Source: Octopus sinensis (lineage: Eukaryota). From it: 64,000 nucleotides of DNA. Made by a program: the position numbers and the translations under genes. The notes below the pieces were generated by a model. It made no database searches. It had not been told where the DNA came from and saw nothing but the letters and a program-made list of their open reading frames with translations. Shown here in pieces: positions 1-11,094 of the stretch; the stretch's first letter is position 1, and every line of letters begins with the position of its first letter. Location: assembly GCF_006345805.1 (NCBI RefSeq), contig NC_043024.1, forward strand, positions 11,470,001 to 11,534,000, written 5' to 3'.

Positions 1-219
1 CAATAATTGCAAATGCTTCAAGTTTTTCAGCTGGAAAAAAAAAGAAAGAAAAAAGAACAACACAGTAAAAAGCTGATGCAAAATGTCTCCGAAATATATG
101 AAAGTGAGAATGGCAGAAGACATTCAAGTGAGTGCCAAGCAAAATACTTTGGGGTGTTTCTTTTGAAGTTGTTTTGTCATTGGATTGTGGCCATCTGGGG
201 GCACTGTCTTGAAGGAGAG

Positions 220-1052
220 GAAGAAGAAGAAAAGGAGAAAAAGATGAAAAAGAAGAAAAGAAACAGGAGAAGAAGAAGAAAAGGAGAAAAAGATGAAGAA
301 AAAGAAGAAAAGAAAAAGAGAAGAGAAGAAGAAGAAGAAGAAGAAGAAAAATTTACAGGCAGTGGGGTAAACGTAGCAGGAAGAAGGAGGAGGAGGAGGA
401 AGAAGAAAAGGAGAAAAAGATGAAGAAAAGAAAAAGGAGAAAAAGAAGAGGAAAGAGAAAAAGAAGAAAAAGGAAAAGAAGAAGAAAAGGAAAAAGGAAA
501 AGAAGAAGAGGAAGGAAAAGAAAAAAGAGGAGGAGGAGAAGAAAAAGGAGAAAAAGAAAATGAAGGAGAAGAAGAAGACGAAGAAAAAGGAAAAGAAGAA
601 GAACAACAACAACAAGAAGAAAGAGAAGAAGAAGAAAAAGGAAAAGAAGAGGAAGAAAAAGAAAAAGGAGGAGGAGGAGAAGAAAAAGGAGAAAAAGAAA
701 ATGAAGGAGAAGAAGAAGACGAAGAAAAAGGAAAAGAAGAAGAACAACAACAACAAGAAGAAAGAGAAGAAGAAGAAAAAGGAAAAGAAGAAGAGGAAGA
801 AAAAGAAAAAGGAGGAGGAGGAGAAGAAAAAGGAGAAAAAGAAAATGAAGGAGAAGAAGAATAAAAAGGAAAAGAAGAAGAAGAAAAAGAAGAAGAAGAA
901 CAACAACAAAGAGAAGAAGAGAAAGGAAAAGAAGAAGAAAACGAAAAAGGAGAAGAAGAGGAAGAAAAAGAAAAAGAAGAAGAAGGAGAAGAAGAAAAAG
1001 AAAAAGAAGAAGAAGGAGGAGAAGAAGAAGAAGAAGAAGAAGAAGAAGAAGA
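220..1052. repeat. Polypurine (GAA/GGA/AAC) compound repeat with a 120-bp internal duplication
   Basis: Almost only A/G on +; the block near 553-672 recurs near 673-792. Confidence 0.95.
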
Positions 1053-1072
1053 ATGTTGTGTAGTTAACCTAC

Positions 1073-1313
1073 TGTTCATAGACAATTCGTTAGCCGTGAG
1101 CATCCGAGAAGGTTTCTTGTTCCTTTGTTTTGGAACTCTCAGCGCCAAATTGAAGATGCCCGGGAAACATTTCCGTGCGCTGGGAACGAGTTGCTCCGGT
1201 CTGTCGGAGACTGCGAGTAGGTCTGTCACCTCGTTGTCGCTGAGGAAGAAGAGACGTGGGAAATCCATCCGACTTTCATCCAAGAGTCGTTGCAGCCTCT
1301 TCAAAATGGTGTC
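1073..1313 (-). CDS. DNHD1: Exon 32 (about 241 nt): [33 protein letters not shown]...[13 protein letters not shown]...
   Basis: ctgccacag acceptor; FPRxFFLS motif; donor probably gtaggt at 1072 (alternative gttaac at 1068). Confidence 0.9.
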
Positions 1314-4300
1314 CTGTGGCAGAAATTACAAGAAAGGATACGGTTGCTTAGCGCTTGGGGACCAGTGACCCCTTCTCAGGAAAGTTGCTCAAAACAGGAG
1401 TATCATAGACAACTTAGTTGAGAGAGATTCTTACAATTAATTATGAACAATACCTATTACTCTTTACTCTCTTTTACATGTTTCAGTCATTTGACTGCGG
1501 CCATGCTGGAGCACCGCCTTTAGTCGAGGAGCTCGACCCCGGGACTTATTCTTTTTTTTTGTAAGCCCAGTACTTATTCTATTGGTCTCTTTTGCCGAAC
1601 CGCTAAGTAACAGGGACATAAATACACCAGCATCGGTTGTCAAGCAATGCTAGGGGGACAAACACAGACACACAAACACACACAGGCATATATATATATA
1701 TATATATATAGGTCCCGGGTTGAGTCGGGGTTAACCACAGTAAATAAGGTACTCAATACATAGCAGAGTAAATTAATTTATTTTATAGAAGGAGCTTCTA
1801 CAGGACTAGAACTGTTTCATTCAAAAGAAATCATCAGGAACTTGGTGACACCAAGCTTCCTGATGATTTCATTTGAATGAAACAGTTCTAGTCCTGTAGA
1901 AGCTCCTTCTATAAAATAAATATATATATATATATATATATTATATATACATATATACGACGGGCTTCTTTCAGTTTCCGTCTACCAAATCCACTCACAA
2001 GGCTTTGGTCGGCCCAAGGCTGTAGTAGAAAACACTTGCCCAAGGTGCCACGCAGTGGGACTGAACCCAGAACCATGTGGTTGGTAAACAAGCTACTTAC
2101 CACACACCCACTCCTCCATTGGTCATCATTGTTATGGATCTTTTCCTTTTGAACAGCACTTTTCAACACAATTTCTAGTTAACTAAACACTTTCAAACTT
2201 CCTATACTGGTAGAATGTTGTCAAAATAAAACATTTTTTTCTCTTGGCTTTCTTGAGAAAATTCTATAGTTTGTTTAACGCAGTTTAATTTTTTGAATTT
2301 TAACCAATGAATCGCCTCTAATTGAGCTAAAATTATTTGCTGCGTCTAAAACTGAGACAACATCCTGTCACTAAGCCTAACCCTCACCCTAACCCTAAAT
2401 TTTTGTCTTTCGTTTTTTTTTCTTAATTGCTAATTTAATTTAAGGATAAAAATTAAGAAAAAAAAAAAACGAAAGCAATGGAAAATAATTTAAACAATTA
2501 ACAAACAAAATAATTCTATAATTTTATACACACACTTTCCGTATACGATTGTTTGACTGCTGTGTTGCCATTTTTCGGTGTATTTCAACTAGAAAAATGT
2601 TCACTTAAAGAGAATAACAAGCTACATAATGCAAACTTTTTACATTTCAAAAATTCCAATTCTAAAGGGTCGAAACAAACCCGAGCAACGCCGGGCGATA
2701 CTGCTAGTCTATATATATAAAGCTGAAGTTGTCTGTGTGTGGCAGGTTTGGTAGCCTTCAACTAACACTATCTCCTCTGAGACCCTGCAGCACAAGTTGA
2801 CCAAAATTGAGAGTATGATAGAAGAAGGCTTGCTCTTCATTCCGTAGAAGAAAAAATTCAAATCGGACCATGTTAACACCAAAAATTATTTACATCAAAA
2901 AAGTGCTTTTTTGCTATGAAAATCCCTATTTTTTACAATTTTTTGACTGCTGTGTCGCCATTTTTCGGTGTATTTCAACCAGAAAAAATGTTCACTTAAA
3001 GAGAATAACAAGCTACATAATGCAAAATTTTTACTTTTCAAAAATTCCAAATCTAAAAGGTCAAAACAAACCCGAGCAACGCCGGGCGATATTGCTAGTG
3101 AATTATAAAAGTAAAGTGGAAAAAAAGGATTTATTAAACCAACCATGGTTTCAATAATCGACAGCAACATTTTCCGTAACTTAGTTCCCTGGAGGACACG
3201 ATGATCTTTCTCACTCATTGATTTGGGGCAGACCGACATTACCTTGGGGTCAGCGTTTACCGCACGCATCCAGTCCTGGAATATTTAATTAAAAATGAAA
3301 AAAAAAGGGGGAAAATAACAGTTGTAAATTTTAGTACAAAACAAGTAATTTTACAGGGAAAGGGTTAAGTTGATTATATTGACCCCACCACAGTACACAA
3401 CTGGTACTTATTTTGCCAAACCCCTAAAAGGATAAAAGGGTAAGTGGGCCTTGGTGGAATTTGAACTTGTTGTGTAAAGAAGCAGAAGAGATGCCAATAA
3501 GCATTTTACCCAGAATATTCCAGTCATTGTATGTAGGGGTCACACCATGAGATCTTCAGCATTTGTGAGATCCAGGTTTCAATTGTGGGTTTTTCATGAC
3601 TAGAGACGGTGAATCAACTAGTACTTACTAGTTTTGGACCTATAGCGAACTGTGTGTTCAAACATAATGTGCCGAGTCAAAAGCTTTGCAATATTTTGGT
3701 AACTTAAGGCAGAAATGTTAGCACGCAGGGTGAAATGCTTAGAGGTATTTCGTCTGCCGCTACGTTCTGAGTTCAAATTCTGCCCAGGTCGACTTTGCCT
3801 TTCGGGGTCAATTAAATAAGTACCAGTTACGCACTGGGGTCGATATAATTGACTTAATCCGTTTGTCTGTCCTTGTTTGTCCCCTCTGTGTTTAGCCCCT
3901 TGTGGGTAGTAAATAAATAGGTATTTCGTCTGCCGCTATCTTCTGATGTTCAAATTCAAATTCGCCAAGGTCGACTTGCCTTCATCCTTTCGGGGTCGAT
4001 TAAATAAGTACCAGTTACACTGGGGTCGATATAATTGACTTAATCCGTTTGTCTGTCCTTGTTTGTCCCCTCTATGTGTAACCCCTTGTGGGTAGTAAAG
4101 AAATAGGTATTTCGTCTGCCGCTATCTTCTGAGTTCAAATTCCGCCAAGGTCGACTTTGCCTTTCATCCTTTCGGGGTCGATTAAATAAGTACCAGTTAT
4201 GCACTGGGGTCGATATAATCGACTTAATCCGTTTGTCTGTCCTTGTTTGTCCCCTCTGTGTTTAGCCCCTTGTGGGTAGTAAATAAATAGGTATTTCGTC

Positions 4301-7300
4301 TGCCGCTATCTTCTGAGTTCAAATTCCGCCAAGGTCGACTTTGCCTTTCATCCTTTCGGGGTCGATTAATAAGTACCATTACGCACTGGGGTCGATATAA
4401 TTGACTTAATCCGTTTGTCTGTCCTTGTTTGTCCCCTCTATTGTAACCCATTGTGGGTAGTAAAGAAATAGGTTTCGTCTGCCGCTATCTTCTGAAGTTC
4501 AAATTCCGCCAAGGTCGACTTTTTTTTTCATCCTTGGGGTCGATTAAATAAGTACCAGTTATGCACTGGGGTCGATATAATCGACTTAATCCGTTTGTCT
4601 GTCCTTGTTTGTCCTCTCAGTGTTTAGCCCCTTGTGGAGTAAAGAAATAGGTCTCCGTCTGCCGCTATCTTCTGAGTTCAAATTCCGCCAAGGTCGACTT
4701 GCCTTCATCCTTTCGGGGTCGATTAAATAAGTACCAGTTATGCACTGGGGTCGATATAATCGACTTAATCCGTTTGTCTGTCCTTGTTTGTCCCCTCTGT
4801 GTGTAGCCCCTTGTGGGCAGTAAAGAAATAAGAAAGTAATCTTTTCCGCAGCAAGGCAATGCAGAACCTCATACTGCTTGGATGATCTGGAATAAACTCC
4901 AGGAACTTGAGGGAATTGGACTGATGCCATGCCCAGCATATAGTCGGATTATTACTTGTTGCATGATCATGTTCCTTCTCCTTCTCGAGCCATGCCGGTT
5001 TCCCGGTTTCAGTGGCGTAGAAATTCCCCAGCTGGACGGGACGCCGGTCCATTGCAGGATACTCATTTTACCAGATGAGTGGACTGGAGCAATGTGAAAA
5101 TGAAGTGTTTTGCTCAAGAACACAACGCATCGTCCGGTCCAGGAATCGAAACCACAACCTAATGATCATGAGTTAAACACCCTAACCACTAAGCCACGTG
5201 CCTCCATTTCATCAACCAGGAGGAGATGGAGGCTCAAAGGGCAAGAACTGGCATCAGCATGGAATCAAAGAACTGGCAGAAAAGTGGCTTCAGATGCTAC
5301 AACCCGATGGCCTCTACTTAGAATTCTGGGCTTATTTTGTTGTAACTTGATGAATAAAGGAAATATGTAACCAGGCTGTGTGGTAAGTAGCTTGCTAACC
5401 AACCACATGGTTCCGGGTTCAGTCCCACTGCGTGGCATTTTGGGCAAGTGTCTTCTGCTATAGCCCTGGGCCGACCAATGCCTTGTGAGTGGATTTGGTA
5501 GATGGAAACTGAAAGAAGCCTGTCGTATATATATATATATATATATATACATAAGTAGCTTGCTAACCAACCACATGGTTCCGGGTTCAGTCCCACTGCG
5601 TGGCATCTTGGGCAAGTGTCTTCTGCTATAGCCCCGGGCTGACCAATGCCTTGTGAGTGGATTTGGTAGACGGAAACTGAAAGAAGCCTGTCGTATATAT
5701 GTATATATATATATATATGTGTGTATGTGTTTGTATGTCTGTGTTTGTCCCCCTAGCATTGCTTGACTGAAAGAAGCTTGTTGTATATATGTATATATAT
5801 ATATATATGTGTGTATATGTTTGTGTGTCTGTGTTTGTCCCCCTAGCATTGCTTGACTGAAAGAAGCCTGTCGTATATATGTATATATATATATATGTGT
5901 GTGTATATGTTTGTGTGTCTGTGTTTGTCCCCCTAGCATTGCTTGACAACCGATGCTGGTGTGTTTACGTCCCCGTCACTTAGCGGTTCGGCAAAAGAGA
6001 CTGATAGAATAAGTACTGGGCTTACAAAGAATAAGTCCTGGGGGGTCGATTTGCTCGACTAAAAGGCGGTGCTCCAGCATGGCCGCAGTCAAATGACTGA
6101 AACAAGTAAAAGAGAGTAAAAGAGTAAAACTCTTGACTCTGCACAATGTTATCCTGTTTTTTCAACCAAGGAGCGAAGATAAACGAATGCTTACTTTAAA
6201 TTTGTTGTGAACCGTGAATTCAAACATATTGGTGTGTAGTTCAAATTCTTTAACGATACTTGGTTTCTCAAACACTTTAATGAGGTACATCCACTGGAAT
6301 TTAAGAACAAAAATGCAAGAATTTATAATGACCATACAATGTATCAGACATCACAGTGGCACATAAAAGGCACCATCCAAGTGTGATCGTTACCAGTGTC
6401 GCCTTACTGGCACTTGTGCCCGTGCTAGTAGGATGCTAAGAGCACCATCCGAGCATGATTGCTGCCAGAGTGGCTAACTGGCTTCCATGCTGGTGGTATG
6501 TAAAAGGTACCATTCAAGCATGATCATTACCAGTGTTGCCTCACTGGCACCTGTGCCGGTGGCACGTGTAAAAACATTTGAGCGAGGTCATTGCCAATAT
6601 CGCCTGACTGGCCCTCGTGCCGGTGGCACGTAAAAGCACCCACTACACCCTCGGAGTGGTTGGTGTTAGGAAGGGCATTCAGCTGTAGAAACTTTGCCAG
6701 ATCAAGATTGGAGCCTGGTGCAGCCTTCTGGCTCACCACTCCTCAGTCAAACCGTTCAACCCATGCCAGCATGGAAAGCAGACGTTAAACAGTGAATAAT
6801 AATAAAAATAATAATAATAATAATCTCTGGGTGAGACTTGTACAAATATAAAGCAAAAGTCAAACATATAATAATAATAATAATAATAACAATAATAATA
6901 ATAATAATCTCTTGTTACATACCTTATTCTGGGCTGTGATCCATAAGTGTGTGATTTCTTCAATTTGGTGTAGCGTTGTAGCAAGAACCTCGACTTCAGT
7001 TTGCATTTCTCCAAGGATTGTAGAATTTAGCATTGTCTTCAAGATAATGGAATCATCCTAGAAGAAAACATGATCCTTTATTTGCTGCTTCATCTTGTTT
7101 TCCTTTCACAACATCCATTCGTATCCTAGCAACGTATTAGCAGACACTGACCGAGACAAAGGGGAATAGTGGCCGGACAATGCTGTTGTCGATTTGGTAT
7201 AGTGGACTGGGAGTGGAGGCGCAATGGCCCAGTGGTTAGGGCAGCGGATTCGCGGTCATAGGATCGCGGTTTCGATTCCCAGACCGGGCGTTGTGAGTGT

Positions 7301-8188
7301 TTATTGAACGAAAACACCTAAAGCTCCACGAGGCTCCGGCAGGGGGTGGAGGTGATCCCTGCTGTACTCTTTCACCACAACTTTCTCTCACTCTTACTTC
7401 CTGTTTCTGTTGTACCTGTATTTCAAGGGGCCGGCCGTGTCACTCTCTGGAGGCGCAATGGCCCAGTGGTTAGGGAGCGGACTCACGGTCATAGGATCGC
7501 GGTTTCGATTCCAGGACCGGGCGGTGAGTGTTATTGAGCGAAAAAACTAAAAAAGCGCCACGAGGCTCCAGCAGGGGATGGTGGTATCCCTGCTGGTACT
7601 CTTTCACCACAACTTTCTCTCACTCTTTCTTACTGTTTGTTGTAGCTCTATTTCAAAGGGCCGGCCTGTCACTCTCTTGGTCACGCTGAGTAGTATCCCC
7701 GAGAACTATGTTAAGGGTACATGTCTGTGGAGTGCTCAGCCACTTACATGTTAATTTCACGAGCAGGCTGTTCGTTGATTCGGATCAACCGGAAACCCTT
7801 GTTGTCGTAACCGACGGAGTGCTTCCATATGAGCGAGAAACACACTAAAGCTCCATGAGGCTCCGGCAGGGGATGGTGGTGATCCCTGCTGTACTCTTTC
7901 ACCAAACTTTCTCTCACTTACTTCCTGTTTCTGTTGTACCGGTATTTCAAAGGGCCGACCTTGTCACTCTCTGTGCACGTGGAACTGAATAACCCCGAGA
8001 ACTACGTTAAGGGTACATGTGTCTGGGCGTGCTCAGCCACTTACACGTTAATTTCACGAGCAGGCTGTTCCGTTGATTCAGATCAACCGGAACCCTCATC
8101 GTCGTAACCAACGGAGTGCTTCCTTATAGTGGACTGGACATTTGGACTGTTTTGGCAATAGTACTTTTTGGCACTGGAGGGGAATACA

Positions 8189-8240
<52 letters not shown>

Positions 8241-10250
8241 TACATGAAGAAACTTTCACAGAAAGATAGTGAGGAGAAAGATAGTGAGAGATGTTATGAT
8301 TAATTAACATAACTGGCATAAACACTTTCACCTCTCCTCAAACGCATAAATAGAAATATGCTAACACACATAACCAGAGAGGAAGGGAGGGGGATGAGAG
8401 AGAGAAAGGGCGGAGGATGAGAGAGAGGAAGGGAGAGGGATGAGAGAGTGGAAGGGAAGAGATGAGAGAGAGGAAGGGAGGGGGTGAGAGAGAGGGAGGA
8501 AGGGGGGATTGGAAAGAAAGGGAGGAGGATGAGAGAGAGGAAGGGTGGAGGATGAGAGAGAGGAAGGGAGAGTGATGAGAGAGTGGAAGGGAAGAGATGA
8601 GAGAGAGGAGAGAAGGGGGATGAGAGAGAAGGAGAGAGAGGGAGGGAGGGGGAGGGAGGGGATGAGAGAGAGAGAGGAAGGGAGGGGGATGAGAGAGAGG
8701 GAGGAAGGGGGGATGAGAAAGAAAGGGAGGAGGATGAGAGAGAGGAAGGGAGGGGGTGAGAGAGAGGGAGGAAGGGGGATGAGAAAGAAAGGGAGGAGGA
8801 TGAGAGAGAGGAAGGGAGGGGGATGAGAAAGAGAGGAAGGGAGGAGGATGAGAGAAAGGAATGAAGGGGGATGAGAGGGAGAGAGAAAAAGAGGGGTTTG
8901 AAAGGATCCACTTTGAAAGAAAAATAGAGTTTTGAAATTAATAAATGTCACTTCTAAAAAAAGTCTCAAAACTTCTAGAATGGTTCTCACACACTGGCTT
9001 TCAGCTTATGGGACAGTCCTGGCTGGAATGTCTTTGATCATGTGTCTGCTGGATCAGGGCTGAACTGGCAGAAAAGAATAGCAATGAACAGACATACCAA
9101 TAAAAAGAAAAGAAAAAAGCTTACCATTAGCTTCATCTTGAGTTCGTCAACTCCAGTCAAAATATAATAATCATCTCTGATTGATAGAATTGATCTGAAG
9201 TTGGGTTTGATCTGACTTTCATTGCTTGACTCCAGTTCACTTCTAGCTACAAATATGAAATATATATATATATATATAGGCGCAGGAGTGGCTGTGTGGT
9301 AAGTAGCTTGTTTACCAACCACATGGTTCCGGGTTCAGTCCCACTGCGTGGCACCTCGGGCAAGTGTCTTCTACTATATATTTCTTTACTACCCACAAGG
9401 GGCTAAACACAGAGGGGACAAACAAGGACAGACAAACGGATTAAGTCGATTATATCGACCCCAGTGCGTAACTGGTACTTATTTCATCGACCCCGAAAGG
9501 ATGAAAGGCAAAGTCGACCTCGGCGGAATTTGAACTCAGAACGTAACGGCAGACGAAATACGGCTACGCATTTCACCCGGCGTGCTAACGTTTCTGCCAG
9601 CTCGCCGCCTAAGTGTCTTCTACTATAGCCTCGGGCCGACCAAAGCCTTGGGAGTGGATTTGGTAGACGGAAACTGAAAGAAGCCCGTCGTATATGTATA
9701 TATATATATATATATATAGTGTGCGTGTATGTTTGTGTGTCTGTGTTTGTCCCGTCCAACATCGCTTGACAACCGATGCTGGTGTGTTTATGTCCCCGTC
9801 ACTTAGCGGTTCGGCAAAAAGAGACCAATAGAATAAGTACTAGGCTTACAAAGAATAAGTCCCGGGGTCGAGTTGCTCGATTAAAGGCGGTGCTCCAGAA
9901 TGGTCGCAGTCAAATAACTGAAACAAGTATAAGAGTAAAAGAGAATATATATCATCATCATCATCATCATCGTTTAATGTCCGCTTTCCATGCTGGCATG
10001 GGTTGGACGATTTTGACTGAGGTCTGGCAAACCAGATGGCTGCACCAGACTCCAATCTTGATCTTGCAGAATTTCTACAGCTGGATGCCTTTTCTAATGC
10101 CAACTACTCAGAGTGTAGTGAATGCTTTTTACGTGCCACCAGCACGAGGGCCAGTCAGGCGGTACTGGCAACGACCACGCTCAAATGGTACTTTTTATGT
10201 GCCACCTGCACGGGATATATATATGCATATATATATATATATGTATATAA

Positions 10251-10286
<36 letters not shown>

Positions 10287-10461
10287 AGATCGTTAGTCAC
10301 TACACACATTTTTTTTCTCTCCTTGTTTTTTTTCTGTGTACCTTTCTGTAGAAGAGCATAGGCTCGAAATGTAAAAGACTTTTTCTATTCCTGAGCGTTA
10401 TACTAATACATCTGTTGTTTCTACACCACCTGTCTTTGTCCTTTGATTTTTGGTAAACTCT

Positions 10462-10500
<39 letters not shown>

Positions 10501-11054
10501 TATATATATATATATAGATATATATAATATGCTGCCAACAATGCCATCCACCACCACCACAAACCACCATCATCCTTTACTGTCCATTTCCCATGCTAGC
10601 ATAGGTTGGACAATTTAACAGAAGATGGTAAAGCCAAAGACTACTATACCAAGTTCTAGTCTCTGCTTCAGAAATGATTTCTATAGCTGGATGTGCTTCC
10701 AAACTGCCGACCACTTTATAAAGTGTACTGTGTGTTTCTTTGTTTTTTTTAACCATAGCACCAGCAGTAAAAGGGTCACCAAGCATCTTGCGAGGCAAAG
10801 GCCCCTTGACTGGATGGGGAAGTAGTATGGAGGGAGATTTGTTTTTGTGCCAGGTGATGAGAGGTTAAAAAGAATAATACAGGGGCAGAAAGAGGTGTTA
10901 GGCTGTAGACGAGGTACATAGTTACCCCAGGTGGAAAAAAAAGACGAACAGACAGAGAGAGAGTTTGAGAGTATACTAGCTTCATTCCTCTCTACTCTTT
11001 GCATATCCTCTGCATACACACACACACACATATATATTGTATGTATGTATGTGT

Positions 11055-11094
<40 letters not shown>

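Larger units (their letters stand above)
1457..2116 (-). mobile_element. tRNA-derived SINE family A, interrupted by the fold-back insert at 1711-1921
   Basis: Head GGAGTGGCTGTGTGG..GGGTTCAGTCCC (A/B-box-like), internal (TA)n/(TG)n, (GTAAAAGA)n tail. Other copies: 5371-6126(+), 9279-9945(+), 11165-11835(+), 20845-21590(-), 24591-25150(+), 31862-31986(-), 45203-45605(+), 49135-49535(-), 51520-51920(-), 55446-55640(-), 55978-56585(-). Confidence 0.85.

Noticed and set aside
1-230. Candidate next exon after the polypyrimidine tract (ttcaag acceptor near 209)
   Set aside because: None of the three frames shows the expected G..GE.V.L linker motif; the next exon is probably outside the window.
7213-7290. 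tRNA-like heads (Arg-like TCG here; others in SINE-A, SINE-B and at 17585)
   Set aside because: Each continues into a conserved SINE body, is multi-copy and lacks a closed acceptor stem; these are not tRNA genes.
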